Assembly (NCBI RefSeq): GCF_009914755.1
Contig: NC_060930.1
Length of the DNA: 64,000 bases
Source of the DNA: the human T2T-CHM13v2.0 reference genome, Homo sapiens
Reading direction: 5' to 3' (one strand)
Shown piece by piece: positions 27,333 through 45,540 of the stretch (the stretch's first letter is position 1; each line of letters starts with the position of its first letter). The notes beneath the pieces were generated by a model. It saw nothing but the letters and a program-made list of their open reading frames with translations. It had not been told where the DNA came from and searched no databases. The position numbers and the translations under genes were made by a program.

Positions 27333-28224
27333 AAAAAGGTTGTGTTTTTTGGTAAAGTTACATTTTTGGTAAGCCTCTATTTTCTAGTACTTCCATGTAT
27401 GGGTAGAGCCTCAATTGCTGATAATGCCAAATACCAGAGGAGTCAGGGTAAGAGTGAAATGTGCCAACAGAGCAGCGAGGAAAGTAAGAACCCTGGACCT
27501 GTTCAAATGGGAGAGACCTCTGAGCTTCCTGCGATTGTGGGGAGGATTCCTGAGGGTATGGGTCTGTGCTGGAATGGGGACAGGAAGCCATCCCACTTTG
27601 AGAATCTGAGGCAATCAACACACTTAGGAGATCTGGAGTGCAGTGCACTTGAGGCCAAGGAAGGTGAACAGATGAGATGATTGTTACTATTTAGGCCTCA
27701 GGGTATAAGATCCTGGATTTAAGAGGCAACAAAGGCAGTGGAAAGTAAGAGTCAGATATGAGCATAAGAATGGAGGGAGAACCATGATGAGGCAGCAGTT
27801 GGCTGGATGTGAATGGCATGGGAATAGAAGAGTGGAAAGCAGTTCCAAGGTTTCAAGTCTGGGTGATGCATTACCCTTGCCATGCCCTTGACAGAACTTC
27901 ATGTAAAATCATTTTTGGCAGTGGGGAAGATGGGGTGGCAGAAACCATAGTGTTTTATATATGTTCAGTTCAAGATGGTTGAGGTCCCTATCTGGATACT
28001 CTCTTTAGGAATTTGGGTTCGGAGGGCTTTTAGTACCACTAGAGCTGAGCCTAGAGAGTAGGGTCTCTTCATGAGGCCCTCCAAAGGGGAGGGCTTTGCA
28101 TGAATGTCATTTGGACCCTGCCTCAGATGTGACTCAGTCTTGTCCTGTTAATCTATGGGCTAGGATCTCAACATTCCTGTGGTTTCTTTCTGCTCTCACA
28201 TTGTCCATTTTTGGCATCCACAGC

Positions 28225-28587
28225 TGTATTAGTCCATTTTTGCGCTGCTGATAAAGACATAACCTGAGACTGGGCAATTTACAAAGGAAAGAGATTTAAT
28301 GGAGAACTCACAGTTCCACTTGGCTGGGGAAGCCTCACAGTCATGGTGGAAGGCAAGGAGGAGCAAGTCACATCTTATGTGGATGGTAGCAGGCAAAAAA
28401 AAAGAGCTTGTGCAAGGAAACTCCCATTTTTAAAACCATCAGATTTCCTGAGACCCATTCACTATCATGAGAACAGCATGGGAAAGACCCACCTCCATGA
28501 TTCAGTCATCTCCCACCAGGTCCCTCCCACAACACATAGGAGCTACAAGATGAAATTTGGGTGGGGACACAGAGCCAAACCATATAA
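28225..28587 (-). mobile_element. THE1 (THE1B/C-like) MaLR solo LTR
   Basis: tgtattagtccattttt..gctgctgataaagacata..cctgagactgggcaattt...ggggacacagagccaaaccata. Confidence 0.92.
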
Positions 28588-28829
28588 ACTCCAGATTCAG
28601 CTTTCTTTCAGCGTTCTGGGCCTTGATGTCAGTCTGTGGGTTTTTTCTGACCTCTTCTCATTAGAATTGGTGACTCCCTTTTGGATTCCTGCAGCCTATC
28701 CACACATATTTCCTTTATGGCCACAATCCTATTAGAACTTAGTCTTCACATGACCAAGTAGTTGTTAAATTCTTGAGTGCAGGGATCTTGGTTTAATGCC
28801 TTTCTAATCAAAATCCCAATAGGGTTTTG

Positions 28830-28860
<31 letters not shown>

Positions 28861-29152
28861 TTTTTTGAGACATGGTCTCACTTGGTCACCTAGGCTGGAA
28901 TGCAGTGGCACCATCATGTCTTACTGCAGTCTTGACCTCCCCAAGCTCAGGTGATCCTGCCACCTCAGCCTCTGAGTAGCTGGGACCATAGGCCTGAGCC
29001 ACCATGCCCAGCTAATTTTTGTATTGTTTTTTAGAGAGCGTGTTTCACCATATTGCCCAGGCTGATATTGAACTTCTGGCCTCAAGTAATCCACCCCCCT
29101 CCCCAGCCTCCCAAAGTGCTGGGATTATAGGTGTGGGCCACCCCATCTGACC
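28830..29152 (-). mobile_element. AluJ with (ttta)n tail
   Basis: Antisense dimer. Confidence 0.9.
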
Positions 29153-30213
29153 TATTTGTTCAAGAATTTTAAAACACATATTTCATCATCTTCTGCTACT
29201 GTGACTTGGGACAATTCATGTTGCATGCCTTCATTTACTCACTCATTCCATAATGTTTATTTGGGGGATGTTGAAAGATGGTTCCTGCCCTTAAGGGGTT
29301 CTTTTCAAGTAATGGGGACTGAGTCAACAGCTGGATAAGGAAGTGATAATGCTATCAACAAGGCACCATGGGAGCATGATTAGGTGCCCAAAACTAGTGT
29401 GAATCACATTATCACCCTTTTTAGGAGCTTCATTTTAGAAGTGAAGTAGATTAAAAGTGGCTACTTTTTAAAGGCCTTCAGAGATGGATAGTGATTAAAA
29501 TACTCTGGAAGTGAATTGCTCCCGTAGATAAGTTCCACAAAGCCTTGGAGGATATCAGACCACCATTTGGTAATTTGCTATCTTGATGTAGTTACTTCTT
29601 GGTGTTATGGAAAGAATCCATTTACCTTTTAATGAATGATCCCTTGATCTACAGAAAATAATGAATTGACTTCAGAGAATCACAGTTGGGTTGAAATAGT
29701 AGCAGGATTAATATTACCTGCAGACTAAAAGAAACTTGCCTCATCAAAGTAAGTGCTAGAGTTGGCTGGTTTTTTTTTTTTTTTTTTTTTTTTTCGCTAT
29801 CAATAAAACCTTTCATAACCAATACATTTTGCTAAGTTACCTCCTGGCCACAGTTCAATCATTCAACTTTAAAATCTTCCTTTGCATTGGCTAGAGTCAC
29901 AGAATTAAAAAAAAAATTCCTTTATCTTTCTTAAATTCTGTAAATTAAAAAGTTTGATCTGTAGAGCAATTTCCATGTAAAACTGCAGCAGAAACATTTT
30001 TACCTGTGTTATAGATATAAGCATAACATTTATGCTATTTATGTCAGTTCAAGAGCTGCATTGAAGCACTAGAATGATATAAGTTTGGCTCTAGTGAAGT
30101 TTTCCAGTTGAACTGTGGAGGTACTATTTTTTAAATACTAAAGGATTTAATTCACTTTTACTTTTTAAATCTCCTCTTCTCCTCCAGCCCTCCAGTCCTC
30201 AGTTCTCCCTCCC

Positions 30214-30516
30214 TTTTTTTTTTTTTTTTTTTTTTGAGACAAGGTCTCACACTGTCACCAAAGCTAGAGTGCAATGGTGTGATCACGGCTCACTGCAGCC
30301 TCAGTCTCCGGGGTTCAAGTGATCCTCCTGCCTCAGCCCCTCAGTGGCTGGAACTACAGGCCCACACCACCATGCCTGGCTAATTTTTGTATTTTTTGTA
30401 GAGACGGGGCTTTGCCACATTGCCCAGGCTGGTCTCGAACTCCTGGGCTCAAGCAATCTGCGCACCTCGGCCTCCCAAAATGCTGGGATTACAGGTGTGA
30501 GCCACTGCGCCCAGCC
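30214..30516 (-). mobile_element. AluJ
   Basis: Antisense dimer; TSD-like tctccct(c)c. Confidence 0.92.
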
Positions 30517-30983
30517 TCTCCCTCCTTTCCTTCTCTCTCTCTCATGATTTAAGATAACCTAATATGCAAAAGGCAAAATATTAGAAACAAAGCAAAGGAT
30601 TGTTTGCATTACAAAGGGTCTCCACTTTTTGAAGTAATTTAACTTCTTTTAACTAGCAAGCTATACATAATATTTGGTTTATAAAATTTCATATCCAAAC
30701 TACGTTTCTAGGAACTCATAGTACAAAACACAATAAAATGTATTTTTTTCTCCTATTTGGCACCCTCTTTGAAGGATAATCAGTCAATTGGCTTTTCCTA
30801 AGCTTTCAAACAAAAATACAAACATTATTAACAATGTATATTTCAATAAAAACCTAATGATTACACAAGACCATTTTACTTACATGACATGACCATTTTA
30901 CTCATCCTCCCTTCCCACTGCATATGGCCTGGAGGACCAACCCCAGAAGGAGGCTACTGTGAGAACTGATTACCCACCACCTC

Positions 30984-31273
<290 letters not shown>

Positions 31274-31399
31274 TACCCACCTCCTCTTAAGAGACCATCA
31301 GGACTAACACCACCAGTCCTGTCTGCCCGTCACCACAGAAGTCCAGCCTCTCTGCACTCCTTGTCATTGGCATCTTCACCCTATACTTTCTGGAGACTC

Positions 31400-34760
<3,361 letters not shown>

Positions 34761-35029
34761 ATATTTCCATTGAATTGGACATAGTATATTAGAAATTGGT
34801 CAGACATTAAAAATTAACTATCTCCACTCTTCTCACTTTTTTATGTCTTATGTAAACAACCAATATGATGGATAATAATATCTGGTTTATTTTACTTTTC
34901 TTTTTTTTTAATTGACTTCTTTAGACTTTCAGATCTGCTATATTTTCTTTGGAACGTTGAAGGCAGTATACTCATGTGATATATAGTAAAATGTTTCTGG
35001 GAAACTTATAAGAATTAAAATTTGTAACG

Positions 35030-35245
35030 AGGTTTGCAGTTGACAAAGTGCAATCACATGTACTATCCCATTTAATTCCTCTAACAACCCTGTGTTGTGT
35101 TGTATGGTCATCCTTATTCTACAGGTGAAGAATCTTAAAGTCAGAGAGAGAAAGTATCTTGCCTAAGGTGATACAGTTAGACACGGCAGAGTTGGCATTT
35201 ATGTAAGGTCTTCTGATACCACATCAGATTCTTATTTTACTCTAG
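35030..35245 (-). mobile_element. MIR
   Basis: atttaattcctctaacaaccctgtg...attctacaggtgaaga...cttgcctaaggtgatacagttag. Confidence 0.75.
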
Positions 35246-36129
35246 GAACACAAAGAAAATATTTGGCATAAGGCAGGTGTTTCAGTCCTTCAGTTCATTG
35301 TCATTTCTGTGCATCAAAGCATCACCCCAAATTCTAGCCCAATTTGGCAAAGCTAAGAGGCTGTGAAGGAGCTTTGTGGCAGTAAGAGATCAGGTGTTCT
35401 CAGTTGAGGCATCTTCTCCAACTTTTTGTCAGATAAACCAGAGTATCCTTTCCCTTGATCTTTTGAGAATGCAAATTGCTCATTGAAGTTCTAGAAACAA
35501 CCCAAGCTGCTGTTCACTTGGTATTAGAACAACTTCTCTTTATGGAGATTTTTACAGTGTTTTAGACTCCTTGAAATGGATAAAACTAATCTGTAAGGCT
35601 GGCAGAGTTGATGACCTGAACATTTTAACCTTTGGCAAAATTATTTTCCTTTCATTTCCTTCTATTTTCCGTCTCTATGTGGAATATATCACCTATTAGC
35701 CTTGCTAATCAGGGCTATGCCCTCTCTGAATAATGAAAGGATGACATGTGCTTGAGTAGGGGGAGAGTTGATCTGGATAAATCATTGGAATGAGATGGTT
35801 GTGCCTCAGTTCTTCCTTTTATAAAACAAATACTCTTTTAGGGACTATAAAATAAACTAACAAAAGGAAAATGTCCATGCTGTATGTGGGAATTTCTCCC
35901 ACATCCATATATATATATATAATTCTAGAGGAACTATGTGGCATGAGATGAGACTGGCCAAACACCATAGTTTAAATGCAAAAGGATGCCAAATTGCATA
36001 CAAAATACTTTAAGTCACTTACTCTAGGCCAAAATATGGCTTTTATTTTTAGCTATTGCTGTGGGATATATTCCTTTCTGAGCATGAAAGTAACCAAATG
36101 ATGAAACCATTTTATTATTAAAGGTGGAG

Positions 36130-36392
36130 GCCTTATAGTACAGTAAATAGTTAAACAGCTTTCAGATCACGCCGGACAGGTTCAGATCCCAGCTCCACAA
36201 CTTCCTGTGGACTGTAGGCCCATTACTTAACCTCTTTTAGTCTCAGTTTCCTCCTCTGCATAAAATGCAAGTAATAACACCTATCTCACAGGTTTGTTGT
36301 GAGTATTAAATGAGGTAACAGATGTAAAATGCATACTTAGCACAGTGCTGGGGCTGTAGCAATCACTGGATAAAATGTAGTTATTACTATTA
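36130..36392 (+). mobile_element. MIR
   Basis: ggttcagatcccagctcc...ttacttaacctct..tctcagtttcctc.tctg...gtgagtattaaatgag. Confidence 0.85.
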
Positions 36393-36659
36393 AACTAAAA
36401 TTGTCAAGGTGCTTAGTACTATTGAGTTGATTCTTTATTTGTCCTCTCCTACTGCCCTGTTCATTTAAAATAGTAAGAGATCAATTCAGAAATATATTAC
36501 ATATTATTTTTAAAAATCCTCTTTGAATATATCCATCATTTCTAAAATATATTTAGATTTCAGGTTTCTCCTAATAAATGCTTAGAACAACTGGATTTTC
36601 TATGGATGATTTTCATAAGAAATGACCCAGTATAATATTTTTATTAAAAATTGATTTTA

Positions 36660-36937
36660 GACTGGGCATGGTGGCTCAGGCTTATAACTCCCAGCACTTT
36701 GGGAGGCCAAGGCAGAAGGATCACTTGAGTCCAGGAGTTTGAAACCAGCCTAGGCAACGTAGCGAAACCCCCATCTCTACAAAAAAATTTAAAAATTAGC
36801 TGGATGCAGTGGCTCACGCCTGTGATCCCAGCTACTTGGGAGGCTGAGGCTGCAGTAAGCCATGATGGTGCCACTACACTCCAGACTGGGCAACAGAGCA
36901 AGAACCTGTCTCAAACAGAAAAAAAAAGAAAGAAAAA
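36660..36937 (+). mobile_element. AluJ with right-arm deletion
   Basis: Dimer; right arm jumps gaggctgaggctgcagt; TSD gattttag. Confidence 0.9.
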
Positions 36938-36964
36938 GGATTTTAGCACAAGGCTATGTGACTT

Positions 36965-37712
<748 letters not shown>

Positions 37713-37947
37713 AAAATGAATTCATTTAGTCCTCTGCCATGTAGTCTCCTAAACCCCACTTTGGAATAAACCTCTCTCAAAATAGTCAGCAACCTGCTTA
37801 GGTATGATATAAGTACATTCTTAGCTGGACACTTTAATCTTTCATTTAGTGCAGATTCTCTCCTCACACAGTCTTTCTAAACTAAAGCATTTAGATTCTA
37901 AGCCATCTTGAGAATGATGTCTGAGTTACACTGTAAGATAAGGAGAT

Positions 37948-38025
37948 AATTCAGCATCACGCGATATACCTTTGGGACAAGCCTGCTCAAGCCCCCCAGT
38001 TCTAAAATAAAAGTTGAAAAAAAAA
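37948..38025 (+). mobile_element. Very short L1PA16/L1PB-type 3' terminus
   Basis: tcagcatcacgcgatatacc...acaagcctgc...tctaaaataaaagttg plus A tail; TSD-like taagat..gagat. Confidence 0.55.
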
Positions 38026-39323
38026 TAAGATGAGATTATAAACCTAGATGGGCAAATAACTTGCTTGTTCCAGTTAAACAAATACACCAATCTGAAAAAA
38101 AATCACTGTGTTCTGTTTTATTGACTTAATTATTCTACCCGTAGGTGGACAGACTACACTATGAGGGGAGAAAAATACACACAGAAATGGCCACACTGTT
38201 TTGTAGTATGCTATATTTTTGTTATTGAACACCCTAAGTAGTTTGTCATGGGACTTGCCTGCAGAAGTGACAAAGGGGCCCTTTGGAATGTTTCCGTACC
38301 CTACAGCACCCACCCTACAGAGGGCCAGCTGGCTCCCTGGGAATTCTATCAAGGCTAACATCTCGTATGGGCTCACTCTAGCTTCATAGAACCAGATATC
38401 GTCATCAGATGCAAATGACATGATGAATTTGCCACCCACAAGGCTATGTTGACATGGAGGGGTTTCTTTACATTGTTTACTTAGGCATCAGATTATAAGT
38501 GCTTGTGGGTAGGACCCTGTTTTAGTGAAAACAATGATCTAAAAACTGATTATGTTCTTAATGACCAGAATATTAATTCTAGCGTGGCAAAAATCATTGC
38601 TGTCTTCAAAATGCCTCTTGTCTGTTGAAGCTCTTTGAGAGTGAAATATTCAAATAACGACTCTTAATTGTACCTCATAACCTAGATTCCTTGGGAGATG
38701 AATCACTGTCAATGCGAAGAGGAGTTTTCCACCCTTCTTTGTACTTTCATTAATGCTTTCTGCATGACTTTGCTCACTTCAGAAATTTTCAATGGAAGGA
38801 GGTCCATCAAGAGAAATTATACAACTTTGTTTGAAACAGTTTGCAATACAATAAGATTATATAGTTTGAAGAAAACCATATTTTACTTCAAACCTGCTCT
38901 TCACTCCTTTTCTCATTTCCTCCCTTCTATCCCTTCTCAGACATCTGTTGAGGGCCTTCCATGTGAATTCATTGTCCTACAAGCTGTGGTAGGTACAAAG
39001 ATGAAAGATGACCCAGTACCTACCCCCCGAGGGAGTTAAGTATGTTCCAAGGGAAATCAGTAGGTTATTGCAAGGCTTGAACAATTGAGAGTTAAGGGTG
39101 CAAATCTCTAACCGAAACATAGGAGTTATGCTGGTAAGTGTACCTGGGCTCTGCTAAACAGGTGCAAAAAAATGGAGTTCTCTGGTAGACTCTTGGCAAT
39201 GTGCCCACCACGTGCACCTCCGCCTGTCCTCCTTAACCCTTGATTCGGCCTTTGAGGCCCCTCCATTAAACCCCTGGGCTTTACACATTCTTTGTAAAAC
39301 ATCCTAATATGTCACAAAAATAA

Positions 39324-39654
<331 letters not shown>

Positions 39655-40232
39655 GCTATTTTCTGTTCTTACACTAATATTATCGCTCTCTGTTTTTACA
39701 AAAAATAAAACAACTCTTATTTTAAACCAGCAAGTCAGGGTTGCTGTGAGGATAAAGAGATAATATACATGAAAGCACTGCTTTTCAAGGTATAAAGTGC
39801 TACACAAATATAAGACAATCTTCATACTGTGCACCTCTTCTGGTCAAACTGGAGGAGAAAGGAGACTAGAAGCTGTTTGGAAGTCTGAGAAGTTTGAGCT
39901 CTGGTTTCCCTATGCTTTGGGATCTGGGTTGTCAATATGTACTCGTGGATTATCAGTCCTCCTGGGGTGAATGTTCTATTGATTCCAGTGCCTCCATATT
40001 ATCTGGGATTTAATTCTTTGACTAGTGTCGCTATAGCAAAAGAGTGGAGTCATTGAAACCTGCTTTAATGGCTGATACTGGAATTGTTATAGTATAGAGG
40101 AAAGTCTCCAGTTGGTTTGAAGTTCATGATATTTCTGGGCTTGAGACCTGGGCTAGATCTAATTTACAGTCCATTTGAAGGAAAAGATTGCATCTGACAG
40201 TTTTTGTTTGCTTTTAATTGCTAGAAACTGGG

Positions 40233-40234
<2 letters not shown>

Positions 40235-40272
<38 letters not shown>

Positions 40273-40310
40273 ATACACACACATACATATACATACATAA
40301 ATATATATAT
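40235..40310. repeat. (TA)n/(CA)n compound microsatellite
   Basis: Read directly from sequence. Confidence 0.95.
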
Positions 40311-40334
40311 GCAGTAGTAGTGGCAGAGGTAAAG

Positions 40335-40822
40335 ACACGAATTTTCTATTGCCATGTAACAAATTACCCCAAAATTTAGTGTCTTGAAACAACAAACATT
40401 TATTATCTCTCAGTTTGGGCAGATCGGGAATTTAGGAGCAGCTTAGCTGATTGGTTGCAGCTCAGGTTCTCTCTTAGGTTGCCGTCAAGCTGTCAACCAG
40501 GACTCTAGTCATCTAAAGGTTTGACTGGGACTGGAAGATCCATTTCCAAGTTCACACATGAGGCTGTTATCAGAAGGCCTCAGTTCCTCAATGGCTATTG
40601 GCTGGAGGCCCAGAGCAAATGATATATCAGAGAGAAAGAGAGAGAGAGAGAGAGATTGAGACAGAAAGAGAGAGAAAGAAAGAGAGAGAAAGGAGAAAGA
40701 GGGACACACTGTTATTACCTAGTCTTGGAAGTGAGGTATCACCACTTCTGTATAAGAGAGGACACGGGCGTAAATACCAGAAGGTGAGGATCATGTGGGA
40801 TGTTTTGGAGGATAGCTACAAC
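40335..40822 (-). mobile_element. MLT1 LTR containing a (GA)n tract
   Basis: tctattgccatgtaacaaattacccc...ttaggagcagcttagctg; (GA)n at 40629-40700. Confidence 0.75.
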
Positions 40823-41062
40823 AGTAGTCAAAAAAATTAAGTAAATTTAAGGATTATTCAGATTTTGAACTGCATTTAAGACTGTGGGCAATTTTTTCCT
40901 GTCTTTAAGTTTATCCAGGATTGGATAAACTTGACCTTGAGTTGTAATATAATTATCTGATAATACTGATTAGAGTTTTAGGAGTGCTTATTCCTCTTCA
41001 ATGAAGGTTATAAAAGTGCAAAAAGAAGAAACTGTGCCAAGCAAGCCTCTAGACTCCTAAAA

Positions 41063-41290
41063 CAGAGGTTGGCAAACTTTCTCTCTAAAGGTCTAGGTAG
41101 TAAGTATTTTAGGCACTGTCAGCCACACAGTCTCTATTGCAACTGCTCAACTTTCTCCCATTGTAGCAGTAAAGCAGCCATGGACATGGCTGTATTACAA
41201 TTGCTGTGTGGCTCTTCCAATAAAACTCTATTTACAAAAACAGGTGGTGTGCCAGAGTTGGCCTGCAGGCCTTAGTGTGCTAAGCCCTGA
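41063..41290. mobile_element. MER58A-like hAT-Charlie DNA transposon
   Basis: cagaggttggcaaactttctctctaaagg...tttacaaaaacaggtgg...ccctg. Confidence 0.8.
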
Positions 41291-41657
41291 TGTAAAAGAA
41301 AAACTAGAGAATAATAAATCAGAAGATTTTATCCTGGATCAGTTTGCAAGGGAAAAGATTTACTTGTAAGTCTCTACCAGTTTCAGTTTATGGATTTGTT
41401 GAGTTGTTCTGCAAAATGTGTATGGATAACAAAAAGAGGCTGTAGGGTAAATGAAGAGTTACAGATCACTGAAAAACCAAACAATGAATGGAATCAGCGT
41501 GCCCCTTCATTATTTGTTCCCTGTCCCCTGTTTAGGTAGAATAAATGATTTTGAAATGATGCACAACAGGAAACAAAACAAAACAAAGACCTTCTCCTGT
41601 TAATTTCTGTGTTCTCCTGTCCCACTCCTCAATCTAGCTGCCAGCACTACAAAGTCA

Positions 41658-41949
41658 TTATTATTATTATTATTTTAGAGACAAGGTCTCCCTCTGTCAA
41701 CCAGGATGGTGTGATCATAGCTTACTACAGCCTCAAACTCCTCAGCTCAAGCCATCCTCCTCCCACCTCAGCCTCCCAAGTAGCCAGGACTACAGGGGCC
41801 GCCACACCTGACTAATGTTTTAAATTTTTGTAGCAATAGGGCCTCACTATGTTGCCCAGGTTGGTCTTGAACTCCTGGGCTGATATGATGCTCCTGCCTT
41901 GGCCTCCCAAAGTTCTAGAATTACACACATGAGTCACTGTCCCCAACCT
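41658..41949 (-). mobile_element. AluJ with (tta)n tail
   Basis: Antisense dimer. Confidence 0.88.
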
Positions 41950-42069
41950 ACAAAATTACATTACAATCATTTGTAATGACTGCTTTTTAATTATCTGACA
42001 AGTGTCAAAACAGATGTTGGCTGCATCATACAGGGTGAATTTCTCTGCAGTATTGTTTTCCTTGCAAAT

Positions 42070-42345
42070 TTAATTAATTAATTAATTTATTTATTTTTGA
42101 GATGGAGTCTCATGCTGTCACTCAGGCTGGAGTGCAGTGGCGTGATCTTAGCCCACTGCAACCTCCACCTCCAGGAGTCTGAGTGATTCTCCCGCCTCAG
42201 TCTGCCACCATGCCCAGCTAATTTTTGTATTTTTCGTAGAAATGGGGTTTCACTATGTTGGTCAGGCTGGTCTCTAATTCTTGACCTTAAGCACTTTGGC
42301 CTCCCAAAGTGCTGGGATTACAGGTGTGAACCACGGTGCCCAGCC
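42070..42345 (-). mobile_element. Alu with internal deletions
   Basis: Antisense dimer; TSD cttgcaaattt. Confidence 0.9.
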
Positions 42346-42720
42346 CTTGCAAATTTTAAAAACAAATCGTGTCTTGGAAACCATCCAAGAAAAAATTAGT
42401 GAAGTATTCCAAGATCTAGATTGGGAATTATTGACCTAAGAAACTGGGAAAAAGAAATTGAGACTGGCAGGCAAAATCTATGCATTAATATTTTATTAAA
42501 TTATGTAAAAAGGTCTGTTCCATCATCGGAGTTTTACCTTCTATTACTGCCACTCAAAATCTTTATTTAAGCTTCCCTGAGGAACCTATTAGGAGTTTTA
42601 AAACATTTTTATTAAATGTTTTTCTTATTATAAGAGAATGAATGTCAATTTCGGAAAATACAGAAAGAATAGAAATCAGTCCTGATCCAACTAGCCAGAG
42701 AATTCCTGTTCAGATTTTAG

Positions 42721-43070
<350 letters not shown>

Positions 43071-43449
43071 GCAATCTTATTCTACTTTTCTACTTACCAT
43101 TATATCACAAGCTTTGCCCCCATGACTTAAAGGATAAATGGCATTCCATAATATGGATATGCAATAATTTACTTAGTCATTACCTGAATGGGTTTTTTGC
43201 AAATTTTGTTATCATAAATAATATTACCATAAGCATATTATAAGTAGATCTTTGAATGCTTTGAAAATTATTTCCTTCAAATCATTTCCTAAAAGTAGAG
43301 TTATAGGGGATAGGTATAGTAGCATTTTAAGTCTCTTGATAAGTATGAATAAATTGCTTACTAAAAGACTGTAGCAATTAATATAACCCCCCCACCCCCG
43401 AGTAGTATGTTAAACCATTGGACATTATCAATTTTAAAATTGTATCCCA

Positions 43450-43607
43450 AGCCAGGTGTAGTGGTGCACACCTGTAGTCCCAACTACTTGGGAGGCTGAG
43501 GCACAAGATTCGTTTGAGACTGCAGTGTACTATAATTGCACCTATGAATAGCCACAGCACTCCAGCCTAGGCAACAGAGAGACCCACTTCTCTAAAAACA
43601 AAACAAA
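43450..43607 (+). mobile_element. FAM (fossil Alu monomer)
   Basis: Single monomer with the 7SL/FAM signature cct.tgaatagccac.gcactccagcc; TSD taaaattgtatcc at 43435-43447 and 43608-43620. Confidence 0.8.
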
Positions 43608-43889
43608 TAAAATTGTATCCTATTGTTACTTTAATTTGCATATAGGGAAGTTGAAGTTGGGAAAATATTTTCATTAACCCTTTATTTCTTCAAATGCTTT
43701 ATTTTTTTCATTTCCCTTGTTCATCTCATTGGGTTTGCTAATATTTTTCTTATATATTTATATGGTTTCTTTAGCATGGCTCTTAACTAATCATCAGGTA
43801 TATTTGCTGAAAGTATTTTCTTGGCTTGTTATTGCCTTTAATTTTTTAATGTATGGAAATTTTTATTTTTGCATAGTAAAACTACCAAT

Positions 43890-44210
43890 ATTTTTCTTCT
43901 TCTTTTCTTTTTCTTCTTTTTTTAAGAGATAGCATCTCACTCTGTCACCCAGGCTGCTGGAGTACAGAGGTACAATGTTTGCTCACTGTAACCTCAAATT
44001 CCTGGGGTCAAGCAATCCTCCTGCCCCAGCCTCCTGAGTAGCTAGGACTACTGGCAAGCTCCATCACACTCAGCTGATTTTTGTTTGTTTCGTAGAAACA
44101 GGGTGTTGCTATGTTGCCCAGGCCGGTTTTGAACTCTTGGGCTCAATTGATCCTCCTGCCTTGGCCTCCCAAAGTCCTAGGATTACAGGCATGAGCTACT
44201 GCACCTAGCC
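43890..44210 (-). mobile_element. AluJ
   Basis: Antisense dimer. Confidence 0.9.
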
Positions 44211-44799
44211 TTTCTTTTTTATTTCTCTCATTGCTTTTAATCTTAGGAAGTTGTTTTCCTTCCCTTCTAATATGCCATAATACGCTCCTAATCTTTATGA
44301 TTTGATGTTTCTGCATTTAATTCTTTAGCCACCAGGAATTATCTTTGATATGGTATAACTTGGCTGGGATTTAAAGGAATGGATGATATAGAGATACACA
44401 GTTCTCTTTAGCTCAGAGATTCTCTCTCAGTACTTCTTGATTTTATTTCAAGGTTTCTTAGTTCCTGAGACAGCACCTTTTTATGTTGGGACTTTTGGTG
44501 TCTTTGGAGTGCCTGGATGACTTTAAAGGGCATGTACATCTTTTTATTTATCTTTCTTCCTTCCACAGGGCTTAGTAGAGTGCTTTACTAAGAGACAGCC
44601 CATTCTACACCTCCCTGGAAGAGACTGGCACATGCCAAGCCTCATTTAAAAACTACTCTGAAGGCCAGCGTCCCTAAAAAGATCTCTTCCTCTGAGTTAT
44701 TACTGATGCCAGAAATACCTGTTATTTCATCTCTGTGTTAAACGTTGCCCTCTCCTCAAGCTGTCTTTTAGAATGCACATTCACGTTGGGGTAGCGTGG

Positions 44800-45060
44800 T
44801 ATATTAGTTTCCTGGGGTAGCTATAACAAGTTGCCGTAAACATGGTCACTTAACAGTTTTTTCTCTCTCACAGTCTGGGGGCTAGAAGTCCAAAATCAAA
44901 GTTTCAGCAGGACCGTGCTCCTTCTGAAGGCTCTAGGGAAGGATCCCTCCTTGCTCTTCCTAGCTTCCCATGGCTGCTGGCAATCCTTGGTGTTCTCGTT
45001 GGCTTCCCACTGCGTCACTCCAGTCTCCTCCTGCATTGTCACAGGCGTGTGGCTCTGTCT
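44800..45060 (-). mobile_element. MLT1 (B/C/D-like) LTR fragment
   Basis: tatattagtttcctgggg..gctataacaa...ctctcacagtctggggg.ctagaagtccaaaatcaa. Confidence 0.8.
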
Positions 45061-45391
45061 ATAAGCAAATAGTAAATCCATAATCCATATGTGTTTGCTT
45101 TCCCATAACATGCTTACATTTTAAGCAGAGAATCAAAGTTTTTGCATGGTATTTCTTCGGTTGATCAATATCTTCCTTTTTCTACTAGTAAAACAGATAA
45201 ACTATTGATAGGAAAGTGAGAGGACAAAATGAATAATCCATTGGAATGATTCATGTAATGGTTTGATGTCAAATATTTTCGGTTTTCAAAAATAAATGAG
45301 TTAATAGTAATTGCAGTTATGTGATTTTCTCATATTTAAAGTCTAGTAGCATAAATTGTAACTGTTAAATTTGGTAACAAGAGAAAAATAT

Positions 45392-45540
<149 letters not shown>

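Noticed and set aside
29769-29794. Orphan poly(T) tract, also poly(A) at ~19448-19467, as solo poly(A) retro-insertions
   Set aside because: No flanking TSD found; simple mononucleotide expansions suffice
38074-38439. 121-aa minus-strand ORF with protein-like composition
   Set aside because: No family recognised, no convincing splice or Kozak context; length within chance expectation
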